64,000 nt of DNA, taken from the NCBI GenBank assembly GCA_963712475.1, contig CAVQIA010000011.1, forward strand, positions 57,321-121,320, in the 5' to 3' direction. The notes below the pieces were generated by a model. The model saw only the letters and a list, made by a program, of their open reading frames with translations, was not told the DNA's origin and ran no database searches. Below, piece after piece: positions 41,748 through 52,066 of this stretch (position 1 is the first letter of the stretch; each line of letters begins with the position of its first letter). The position numbers were made by a program, and so were the translations under genes. Source of the DNA: an uncultured Chloroflexia bacterium (GTDB taxonomy: Bacteria; Chloroflexota; Anaerolineae; Anaerolineales; RBG-16-64-43).

Positions 41748-42756
41748 CTACTTGAAGAGCGTCGCGACGTCGACGCCGGAGGCTTCGAGGTAGACACGGA
41801 ACTCATCGTAGAAGGTGTCGTCATGCGCGACGAGCCCGTCGATCTGGTACACGGTCTTCAAGGCCGCCTTGCCCTCTTCGGTCCCGGCGATGCTTCAGCA
41901 GCGCCGCGACGATCTTGGCGCGCATGTCGTCTGGGACATCGGGGGCGAAGGAGACGGTGTCGTTCGGGATGAACGGCTCGCTCTTGTAGATCACGACCAC
42001 CTTGTCCATGACATCCGGCAGGTCCTTCTGGATGGCGGACGAGGTGCGGGCGTCGATGAAGACGGCGCCGAAGTCGCAGATGCCCTTGGCGTAGACGGCG
42101 CGCACGACAGCCGGGTGGCCGCCAGACGAAAGCCGCCGCACTACCGGACTTGATCGGCACTCCGTACTTCGCGAAGAACCCGACCGGGAGCACATAGCCG
42201 GAGGACGAAAGCGGGTCGGTCCAGCACGGCTTCTTGTCCTTGAATTGCGGCCAGGGCCGTGGCCGCATCGTCACGTTGGCGTGAAGTGCGCTGTCGACAT
42301 GCGAGCATGATCTCGAAGCCGTAGTGATCGGAGCCGTTGCGGATGGTCACCAGGCTGACGTCGGCATAGCCCTTCTGCGAGGCCACGACGTACGAGAAGG
42401 TGGCCAGCCAGCCGATCTGCGCATTGCCCGAGCCCATGGCCTCGATCAAGGCACTGTAGGAGGTCGGCCTGGAAGAGCTTGATGGTGTAGCCGGTCAGCT
42501 CGGTGAAGCTGCTTGGCGATGGCCTCGCCGCCGGTCAGGATCTCCTGGGATGTGCCGGAGGGCACAAAGCCCATGATGATCGGGTTCTCGGCGGTGCCGA
42601 GCATTGGCGGCGGAACGGGGGTGGCCGTCGGAACTGGCGGTGTCGTCGGCTCAGGGGCCATTGTGGCGACAGGAGCGGGGGTGGGGGTCGCGCATCCGGC
42701 GAGCAGCGTCGCGACCACGGTGAAGGTTACCAGCGGAAGATAAGTCTTTTGCCCAT
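41748..42756 (-). CDS. phnD: PhnD/PtxB-family substrate-binding lipoprotein, frameshifted
   Basis: LLAGC lipobox, Pro/Thr linker, [29 protein letters not shown]. Confidence 0.83.
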
Positions 42757-42999
42757 GCGTGTCTCCTATTCTTCTCCTCTGCGGTCTCTTGCGGATCGTT
42801 CCCGGACAAGACAAAGACAGGGCAATGCTCAGGGGTCGGACCCTTTGGCTTGACCTCCTCTCGAGATTCGTTCGGTTGGTTCCGTCTTATGATTCTCCAC
42901 AACCGGCTGTCGTTCGACTCGAGCGGGCCGGATACCGTGCCGGTGGACGAGGGAGCACACAATCGATACGGCCGCCGTCCTCGGAGTCCCCAGGTCCAC

Positions 43000-45291
43000 C
43001 TCTCGCTCGATGCCCTCCAGTGGCCGCTGGAGCATGGCCTTCGCCACGCACCCGCCCCCTTGGTCGATGGCGCGTGGCGCTATTGACAGCGCCGAGTCGG
43101 ACGTTCTATCGGCACGGCGGGCTGCTCTCGGCTCGTGTCGCCCCTGTTTGGGTGCGCGGTCCAGCTGGAGGCGGACCTTGATGCGCTGCGTGTGAAGCCC
43201 CGCTTGCCGAGGAGTTGTGTTGCGCGGCGACTGGCTGCCACGCTGCACATCCGGCGATTCATCCGGCTGACGTTAGTCGACGACTCCGAACGCCACGATC
43301 CAATGCGAACGGTTGGTCGTTGGACGATACCAGCCGGCCGCCCTGGACTGCGGCAAAGCACTGCCCTCGACGTGTCGTTCGCCGGTCGATGCGGTCGCTC
43401 CAGGCGCGTGCGTCTCGACCCGACCCACGCCATACGCTGCTACGTAAATGGATGGCGAGGTTCGAGCTTCGCCGCGCTCTCGGCGAGCAGGACCGAAGCA
43501 ACCCGGTCCACGCCTCGACAGTCACGGTTCCGATGCACGCCGGGGCAGACCTTTCCCTGGCAAAAGGACCGAGGTCACTTCCGCTCGACATGTTCGCGCT
43601 GCTTTCGGGCCGGGTCCGCAGCACACTGGCTCTCGGCTTCCTTTCCCAGCGCGGCAATTTGGTGCGGTCGAGGCGTCGCTCGATCGTCTACTCGCGAGCT
43701 TCATGATGAGCGCCGCAACGACGAAGTCGATCTGATCCAGGCGCTTAGATCGCAGCGATTCGGCGTACATCGGGTTGCAGCACCGGCGGCGGGGACGACG
43801 CAATTGACGAGTACATCGGCTCGTGGCCGCGGAACCACGCGCGTAGGCAGCGCGAGCCTCCTGGCTGGTGTTCGTGGTACCACTACTTCACGCGTCACCG
43901 ACGACGATCTTCGAAGACGTCGACGCAGCTTCCATCTGCGCGATCAGCTGCCGGGTGAAGAACTGATGGCTCGATGATGGGTTCCAGGCCGACGTCGAGA
44001 TCACGAGCGCAACGCCAGTCCGCGCGACATGCGCGCGATTGCGATGGCATTCGCGCGCAAGATTCGTTCCAGGGCTGTGGTTGGTGCCGCTGATTGCCTC
44101 GCGCGCGCATCGTCGCAGCAGACCGCGAGAGGTCGCTGCGAGGTCCGCGGGAGGGGCCGGCCGCGCGGCTCGTGTGGTTCAAGTGGGGCCGGGGGCTCGA
44201 CCCCACCCGGCCTGAGGCAATCGAGCACGCCGCCAACCTCGTTCACACGGCGGCACATGAATGGGGTTTCCCTATGTTAAGCTCGACTCCTGTGCGCGTC
44301 GGCGCTCGATGCACGCAGGCGGATCGATCGGTGAGTCGGCCCGGCGCCTGCACCCGTGCTCGAAGCCATGCGCGCCGCGGCAGGCGACCTTTTTGCTCGC
44401 TGCGGCTGCCCGCTGGGTCCGGCGTGGGCATCTTCGACGCCATGCGCGTGGCGGACGTCGACTTCCGCTGGCGTCCGACCTTTCGCCCGATCTTCGCGCT
44501 GGATCCGCAACGATCCCACCTTGCCCTCGGCGCGCAACTGAGTCGCAGCACGCTCGCTCGGCGATGCTGCACCGACGCTGGTCGTTCAACGATCCAAACT
44601 GTCTGCTGACCCGCGACCACAGACGCAGCTCGCCTGGATCGAGGCCACAGCCTGGCCAGCCATCGGGCTCTCGGGACGCGCTGCTCGATCTCGGACGATC
44701 TGACTCGACTCTCGCCGAAGAGCCTGCGCCTGGTTCAGGCCTCGTTCCGGCCAATGGCGATGCGGCCGTTGGATCGGGATACGCGCGATCCGGAGACGGC
44801 CGTCCTCCCTTGCCGAGGGGCTTTGGGTGAGTGGTTCGTCGTTGCGCGTTTCAACCTGAGCGATACGGCCGTGGATGCGGCGCTTGACCTGCACGCGCTC
44901 GGGCTGCCGGACCACGTTGAAGCGTTTTCGTTTTCGGGATCAACGCCACATATCCGGCGTCACCCGAACGCTTCCGCTTGGAGGGATTCCGGCACACGGC
45001 GTGTGCCTTGTCGCCGTGCGCGCCGTGCGCGATGGACCCACCTTCGTGGGGAGCTCGCTGCACTTTACGCAGGGCCGCGAGGTCGCCGCGTTCGATGTCT
45101 CATCGCAGCACCTGGCGCTCGAAATCGGGCTTGCGCGAAAAGCGTCGGGCCAGCTCTATCTGCGATTGCCAGAATCGCCACGCTCGGCGACCCTCGACGG
45201 GTTGCCAGTCGTGTGGCAGGCATATGGCTATGGCCTTCATCGCTTCGATGTGACCCTGACCGGTCCTGCTCATCTCGAGGTGACATGGTGA
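43000..45291 (+). pseudogene. GH36 alpha-galactosidase-like gene, heavily frameshifted; start approximate
   Basis: Motifs read from DNA: VNGW (43444), GWCSWYHYF (43863), LDDGFQ (43970), KLD (44279), GCPLG...GIFDAMR (44404), NDP.C (44588). Confidence 0.72.
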
Positions 45292-45333
45292 GTGCGGCCT
45301 GCATCACCTCTTCCGGAGAGCCGGGGATGAAAC

Positions 45334-47478
45334 ATGAATCAGCCTGGGTCCACTCCCGCCGGACCCCTGCGGGACTTCTTTGCCCCGCGCGGCATCGTCG
45401 TCATCGGCGTCTCGCGCGATCCAACTCCACTCGGTACGGCCTGGCACGCAACGTCGTACGCACCTCGCCGGTGCCTGTGCACCTCGTCCATCCGGAGGGC
45501 GGGGAGTGGGAAGGGCGCACGCTGCATCGGGAGGTGCGCGATGTGCCGCTCCCGGTGGATCTTGCCCTGATCCTGCTGCCCGCCGCCAAAGTGAGCGATG
45601 CGTTGCGCCAATGCGCGCAGGCGGGAGTACGCGCCGCCATCGTCGAATCCGGTGGCTTTCGCGAGAGCGGCGCTGAAGGCGGACGGCTCGAAGAAGAACT
45701 CAAGGTGGTGGCACGCGAGTGCGGAGTCCGCATGATCGGCCCCAACTGCATCGGCGTCGTCGACACGCACGTGCCACTCGACACGACCTTCTTGCCCGCG
45801 CGTGCCGACCGCTCAGGAACGATCGCGTTCGTCTCGCATTCGGGCGCCACGTGCTCCGCGATGCTCGACCTGGCGCTGGTCGAAGGCTGGGGCTTCTCGC
45901 GGGTGATCAGCCTGGGCAACCAGGCCGACGTCAGCGAGGCGGACGCGCTGCTCTGCCTCGCCCATGACCCGCATACGCAGGCGATCGCCCTCTACCTGGA
46001 AGGCATTCGAAGACGGCGCGCGCCTCCTCTCGGCCGCGCGCACCGTCGCCCGGCTCAAACCCATCGTCGCGCTCAAGGTGGGGCAATCGGCCCGAGGGCA
46101 GCGCGCGGCGCGCTCGCACACCGGCGCGCTCGCGACAAGCGGACGCGTGGTGGAGGCGGCCTTTGCGAGTTGCGGGATCTTGCGAGCGCATACGCTAGAA
46201 GAGACGTTCGCTCTCGCGCTCGGGTTGGCGCAGCTCAAGCCCTGCGCCGGGCCGCGCGTCGCGATCTTGACCAATGCGGGAGGTCCGAGCGTCATGGCTG
46301 CGGACCTTCTGGTCGAGCATGGCCTGGAGTTGGCGAACCTCTCCGCCGCCACACGCGAGAAGTTGGCTGAGAGGCTTCCACCCGCGGCTGCGCTCGGCAA
46401 CCCGGTGGATATGCTGGCTTCAGCCGGCGCGGATGAACATGCGGAGTGTGCAGGCGTGCTACTCGAGGACAGTGGTGTGGACGCGTCGATCGTGACGATC
46501 GTCCCGCCGCCGATGCACGATGTCGTCGCCGTCGCCGCGGCGCTGGCGCCCGCGTTGCGTGCGGCGGCCAAACCCGTGGCGGTCTGCATCATGGGCGGGA
46601 CCTCGGCCGCGAAAGCCCGAGAACGCCTGCGTCGAGCAAGGGGTGATGGAGTGCACATACCCGTCGCGGGCAGTGCTGGCCATCTCCGCCGCGTGGCGGC
46701 GGTCATCTATCCACCCGTCGGGCGGGGAACTGCTCGCGGCGCGGATGGGATTGGCGGGGTCTTCCTCACGCGATACTCACCCGCCGGCTGGCGATGGCGC
46801 GGAGCCTGGCGCGGGGTTCGAACTGGCGCAAGCGATCGGTCTGCACTGTCCGACATGGCAATTCGCCGCCGATGAAGCGCAGGCCGTCACCGCTGCGAAT
46901 GCCGTCGGTTACCCTGTTGCCCTCAAGGCCGTCGCCCGAAAGCTGATACACAAATCCGAGGGCAGGCGGTGTTGCACTCGGCTTGGTCAGTGATGACGAG
47001 GTGCGAGAAGCCCATCGCAGGATGAGGGTCGCCGTTGAGGCGTTCGCCGGGAAGGACGCGTGGCAGGGGGCGCTCGTACAGGCGATGGCGCCTGGTGGCC
47101 AAGAAGTGATCGTGGGCGCCGTCCGCGATCCGCAATTCGGACCGCTGATCGCGTTCGGGAGCGGCGGCAAGGAGGTTGAGGGCATGGGCGATGCTATCCT
47201 TCGCCCTCGCCCCATTGAGCACGCATGCCGCCGAGGCGCTGCTCGACCGAACCTGGGCTGGCCGCCGCCTGAGCCGCGCACCGGCAGCCCATCGCGACGC
47301 TGTTCTGCACGCGCTGACCGTTGTGGAGCAGATCTGATGCTCAGCCCATCCGGAGCTAGTTGAGTTCGAGGTGAACCCGTTGATTGTCACCCCCCGCGAG
47401 GCGTGGGCGGTGGACGTCCGCTTCAGCCTGGATCAGGCCTCCTTCATGGAGAGGTCGAGCTCAGCGCCGCCTGCCTAG
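45334..47478 (+). CDS. ADP-forming acetate/acyl-CoA synthetase (fused alpha/beta), frameshifted
   Basis: SGGFRE, IGPNCIG, SLGNQADV, SHTGALA, LTNAGG, GYPVALK, DPQFGPLI, EVNPL. Confidence 0.85.
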
Positions 47479-48502
47479 GCAGCATTGACTCTCGCCTTCA
47501 GCCATTCCAACCTCGCTTCGGCCAATCCCTTCATTCGCGAGAGGGCGAACAGAGCTCCCCGCCCCTCGACGCACAGCGATGACGATACGTTGCCGTAGAG
47601 TGCGGCCTGGAGGGGATTGTACGTGCGATGCCAGCCCGCCCAGATCCGCCTGCGAAAGCGCCCTCGGCACCGACAGGATTGCGCCGCTCAGCGGGATATG
47701 GGGGGATCGACAGGGTACGAATGATCTTCGGTTCGAAATAGGATCTGACCCCGGAGTCTTCGAGCACCACGACCAACGGACACCCATAATCCGCAAGCCG
47801 TTGCGCGATGACCGCCAAGTCGCGCGTTGATTCACGAAAAGACCGCGCGCTATCCGTTCGTTGAGCAGCAAAACACTGATGCCTCGGAGCAGGGGGCAGC
47901 AGGTGGAGGGAGGTGGGCAGGAGATAGCGCGGTGAAGGAGAAAGGGCAATGGTCGTCGTGCCGCTGCTGCGCAGCGGCGCAGGCAAGGTCAGGTGAGTGA
48001 CGACATGCGCCGGCGCCAGGTAGGCCGCGCGCGCCTGGCGGTGGACACTCGGCAGATCCTCCGGCCGAATGGCGAGAGGCGCGAATCGATCGCCCACGTC
48101 CTCGTCTGCGCCCGGGGGCGCGTAGGCAAGAAGCTCCTTAGGCACCTCAATGCCGGCCCGTGCGCAGGCCAGGCGCGGCTCACGCCGTTGATTTCCCCGT
48201 CACCCCGGTACTCGTAGAATGCGCGCGTCGCGGCGGTGCCCTCGACTACGCGCACCGCTTCGCACATGATGTCCACTGATTGAAGGTGCTTCAGCCAGGC
48301 CTGAGGGAAATCTTCGCCGATCCGGCTGACGATGGCCAGCCCGGCTCATCCACCGCACACCCGGGCGCCGACCGCCGCATACATCGCAGCCGCCGCCCGG
48401 TTGTGCGAGGTACATATCCTTGAGGGGCCGATGACGTAATCCTGTTGCAGCGGCCCAATAAAGACCATTTGTGGCGAGTGGTATTTCATCCGAACATCTC
48501 AT
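47461..48502 (-). CDS. PfkB/ribokinase-family kinase-like protein, frameshifted; boundaries uncertain
   Basis: C-terminal NPVGAEGAFAGG resembles the PfkB DxxGAGDAFxGG motif; fragments in 3 frames. Confidence 0.5.
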
Positions 48503-48613
48503 ACGGCCGCGTGACTTGCGGCCCTGCACAAACTCAGTATATAATGCGTCCCACGTGCACGCCTGAGACGCTGCAGTGAACAGGCGTCACCGGCCTCACT
48601 CAAACATGCGACC

Positions 48614-49294
48614 ATGAGCTCCGCCAAGATACTCCTCATCGAGAGCGATCGAACAACTGTGCCTTCGCACGGTTCTGCGCTCTTGAAGAAGGGCTTCGCG
48701 CTCATGGTCGAGAATGCCCCGCGCAAGGCCATCGAACGCGCGCATGCCACCATGCCCGATGTGGTCGTGTTGGATGCGATCTCCCTGCGCACGAGCGGTG
48801 TGCGGCTGACGCGCACGCTTCACACCAAGCTCGATGGCTGCCCCATCGTGCTGATCACCCGTTCAAGAATCGACGATCCTTCCCAAGCCGGTGCGAGCAT
48901 CGTTCTCACGCCGCCCTTCACCCCTCGCAAATTGCTGAACGCCGTCCAGCGGCTGCTCCCCGGTGACGAAAACAGTTGGCAGCAGGTGGGGCCGATCAAA
49001 CTCAACCTGATGCAGCGCAAGGTGGCATGTGCCGGTCGTGAGGCGCGCGTAACGCCCAAACAAGCCCGCCTGTTGGATGTCTTTCTCCATCACTCGGGGC
49101 AGCTTCTCACGCGCAAGTTCTTGCTCAAAGCAGTGTGGGATACGGACTACACGGGCGACACGCGCACGTTGGATGTCCACATTTCGTGGCTGCGCCAAAC
49201 CATCGAGGCCGACCCCGAGCACCCGCGCTACCTCAAGACCATCCGCGGAATGGGGTACCGGCTCGACGTTCCCGAGACCGGCCGCAAAGCCTGA
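48614..49294 (+). CDS. OmpR/PhoB-family response regulator
   Basis: PDVVVLD receiver; VWDTDYTGDTRTLDVHISWLR...YLKTIRGMGY wHTH; TATAAT at 48540. Confidence 0.92.
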   Translation: MSSAKILLIESDRTTVPSHGSALLKKGFALMVENAPRKAIERAHATMPDVVVLDAISLRTSGVRLTRTLHTKLDGCPIVLITRSRIDDPSQAGASIVLTPPFTPRKLLNAVQRLLPGDENSWQQVGPIKLNLMQRKVACAGREARVTPKQARLLDVFLHHSGQLLTRKFLLKAVWDTDYTGDTRTLDVHISWLRQTIEADPEHPRYLKTIRGMGYRLDVPETGRKA

Positions 49295-49301
49295 TCGATT
49301 C

Positions 49302-50624
49302 TCAAACTTCGATCGAGATATCCACCTCTGCGCCCTCGCCCGCGGCAGACACCGCGCGCACTCGCGCATGGTGCATGCCAGGTTGCGAGTAGCGGTGGCT
49401 CAGACTGAGGGGTGCGAGGCCCCGGCGCCATGGGCGCGCCGCCTGGGCCGTGCTGCGGAAGACCGGCGCCTGATGGTCGAAATCGGCCTCCCAGTAGTCG
49501 AGCGAAACGGGAAACCCCTGCGGCTCGCAAACGCTCATAGCTTCGAGCTGCAGGCGGACCTGCGCTCCATCCACATCGCTGCGCACTCGCAGGACCGCAC
49601 CCGCAGGCCCCGCGGCGGCAAGGGTCGCAGAGGGCGTCAGCGGGTTGCACGCCTCCTCCACCGCATACCCGCGGCTGTGCGCCAGGGTCAGCCGTCGCTG
49701 GCAGACCTGCAGCGCCTGAGGCTCGAGGTCGGCGCCGATCCACCGGCGGCCGAGGCTTTGCGCCACCCGCAGCGTCGTTCCTGATCCGCAGTAGAAATCC
49801 CCAACCCAATCGCCGGGTTCGCTGGAGGCGCGCAGAATGCGCTCGAGCAGTGCCTCGGGCTTCTGCGTCGGGTAACCCGTGCGCTCGGTATGCAGCCGTG
49901 CGACGACCGGGAAGTACCACCAGTCTTCCGGCACCTTGCCGCGGTCAAGATCCGGCTGACGCCCAAACCCGGCGCGCGCGGAGGAGGCAAACGTGCGCCG
50001 AGTGGATTCGTCGTAGGGGATGCGCACCTCGTCCGCGTTGAACACGTGGCGGCGCCCTTTGCGGTAGGCCAGCAACGTATCGTGCTTGCGGTTGAAGTAG
50101 GTCCGCACCGGCGAGGGGCCGTGATAGACCCATATGATCTCGTTGAGGATTTGCTGCGCGCCGAAGATCTCATCCAGCAGCAGACGGGCGTAATGCACGG
50201 CGCGCCAATCCAGGTGCAGGTAAAGGCAGCCGTCATCGGCAAGCAGCCGATGCATGAGGACGAGGCGCGGGTAAAGGTGCTCGAGATACTCGTCCGGGCC
50301 TTGCCACGAATCGGAGTAGCCTTGCGCCAGCAGCCACTGCTCCGGTCGGCGTGAGTCTTCGCCAGTTCCAACCCGCCGTGGAAATCCTTTGCCGGTTCCA
50401 AAAGGGGGATCGGCATAGATTAAGCGCAGCCGCCCTTCCCACTGCGGGAGAAGGGCGGCCATGGCCAGCAAATTGTCCCCGAGGATTAGTCTGTTGGGGT
50501 CGGGCTCGAGGACCTCATCCGGATCCCGACGCACTTCCCCGGTTCGCTCGAGGCGGGCCTCCGGCGGCACGGGGGCACGTTTGCCATCCCATTCGAGTCG
50601 CACCGAGCCACTGTTCTGCGTCAC
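49302..50624 (-). CDS. N6/N4 site-specific DNA methyltransferase (beta class), orphan
   Basis: LILGDNL, IYADPPF, NEIIW, GYPTQKPEALLERI, DFYCGSGTT. Confidence 0.92.
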   Translation of the reverse strand: MTQNSGSVRLEWDGKRAPVPPEARLERTGEVRRDPDEVLEPDPNRLILGDNLLAMAALLPQWEGRLRLIYADPPFGTGKGFPRRVGTGEDSRRPEQWLLAQGYSDSWQGPDEYLEHLYPRLVLMHRLLADDGCLYLHLDWRAVHYARLLLDEIFGAQQILNEIIWVYHGPSPVRTYFNRKHDTLLAYRKGRRHVFNADEVRIPYDESTRRTFASSARAGFGRQPDLDRGKVPEDWWYFPVVARLHTERTGYPTQKPEALLERILRASSEPGDWVGDFYCGSGTTLRVAQSLGRRWIGADLEPQALQVCQRRLTLAHSRGYAVEEACNPLTPSATLAAAGPAGAVLRVRSDVDGAQVRLQLEAMSVCEPQGFPVSLDYWEADFDHQAPVFRSTAQAARPWRRGLAPLSLSHRYSQPGMHHARVRAVSAAGEGAEVDISIEV

Positions 50625-50651
50625 GCCAGCTCACGATCCCTAGGCTGTCGA

Positions 50652-51998
50652 TCACTTGGTGGTCTTCGTTGCCCCGCCCTTGCGTCCAAACTTCTCAGTC
50701 AGGATCTCCCGGAGAGTGGGCTGTCCGATCTCCTGCAGCTCGTAACGAACGCGCTGCGTGGGTTTGTTGATCTTGATCAGCCGGCCCAGATCGATGGGCG
50801 TGCCGATGAGCACCAGGTCGGCCGGTGCGTTGTTGATGGTCTGCGCGAGTTCACGGATCTGTTCGGCCGAATAGCCCATGGCAGGCAGCACCGCGCCGGT
50901 CGTGGGGTACTTCTCGTACGTGCGGGCAATGGAGCCCACGGCATACGCGCGCGGATCGATGATCTCGGCCGCCCCAAAGCGGCGCGCGGCCATCCAGCCC
51001 GCGCCGTAAGCCATCTCGCCGTGGGTCAGCGTCGGGCCATCCTCGATGACGAGCACTTTGGCGCCGCGGATCGCGGCCGGGTCGTCGACAAAGAGCGGCG
51101 AGGCCGCTTCCACCAGGATCGCCGCGGGGTTCAGGCGGCGCAGGTTCTCGCGCACGGTCAACGTGCTTTGCGCGTCGGCCGTATCTACTTTGTTGATGAG
51201 CAGCACGTCGGCCGCGCGCACGTTGGCCTCACCGGGGTGGTAGCGGGTTTCGTGCCCCGGGCGGTGCGGGTCGGCCACCACGATCTGAAGGTCGCTGACG
51301 ACGAAGGGCAGGTCGTTGTTGCCGCCATCCCACAGGATGATGTCCGCTTCTTGCTCGGCCTGTCGCAGGATCTTCTCGTAGTCGACGCCCGCGTAAACGA
51401 TCACCCCTTGCGCCAGATGCGGTTCGTATTCCTCACGCTCCTCGATGGTGCAGTTGAACTCATCCAGGTCGTCCAAGTCCGCAAAGCGTTGGACGGCCTG
51501 TGCCACCAGGTTGCCGTAAGGCATCGGGTGGCGGATGGCGGCCACCTTGTAGCCCAGGTCGCGCAGGACGGACGACACGGCACGCGTGGTCTGGCTCTTG
51601 CCCGAACCGGTGCGCACGGCGCAGATCGAAACCACCGGGCGATTGGATTTCAACTGCGTGGCGCGAGCGCCCAACAATCGGAAGTCGGGCCCGGCGGCGA
51701 CCACCGTCGAGGCATGATGCATGACGGTCTCGTGCGAGACATCGCTGTAGGCGAAGACAACCTCGTCGACGGCCAGCGACCGGATCAGCGACACCAGGTC
51801 GCCTTCGGCGTGGATGGGGATTCCCTTCGGGTAGAGCTTACCCGCGAGCTCCGGAGGATAGACACGGCCTTCGATGTTCGGGATCTGGGTCGCGGTGAAC
51901 GCCACGACTTCGATATCCGGGTTGTTGCGATAGGCCAGGTTGAAGTTGTGGAAGTCGCGCCCCGCCGCGCCCATGATAAGAACACGCCTTTTGGCCAT
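50652..51998 (-). CDS. P-loop protein of the cyclic-2,3-diphosphoglycerate-synthetase-like family (possibly arginine synthetase ArcE-like)
   Basis: GAAGRDFHNFN, AVRTGSGKSQT, RHPMPYG, IEEREEYEPH, WDGGNND, EDGPTLTHG, LPAMGY. Confidence 0.85.
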   Translation of the reverse strand: MAKRRVLIMGAAGRDFHNFNLAYRNNPDIEVVAFTATQIPNIEGRVYPPELAGKLYPKGIPIHAEGDLVSLIRSLAVDEVVFAYSDVSHETVMHHASTVVAAGPDFRLLGARATQLKSNRPVVSICAVRTGSGKSQTTRAVSSVLRDLGYKVAAIRHPMPYGNLVAQAVQRFADLDDLDEFNCTIEEREEYEPHLAQGVIVYAGVDYEKILRQAEQEADIILWDGGNNDLPFVVSDLQIVVADPHRPGHETRYHPGEANVRAADVLLINKVDTADAQSTLTVRENLRRLNPAAILVEAASPLFVDDPAAIRGAKVLVIEDGPTLTHGEMAYGAGWMAARRFGAAEIIDPRAYAVGSIARTYEKYPTTGAVLPAMGYSAEQIRELAQTINNAPADLVLIGTPIDLGRLIKINKPTQRVRYELQEIGQPTLREILTEKFGRKGGATKTTK

Positions 51999-52066
51999 CC
52001 TTCTCCTTCTTTGTTCCAGGTGACGAATACGACGCTGCCCCCGCGCGGTAGGCGCTGGGCCACGCC

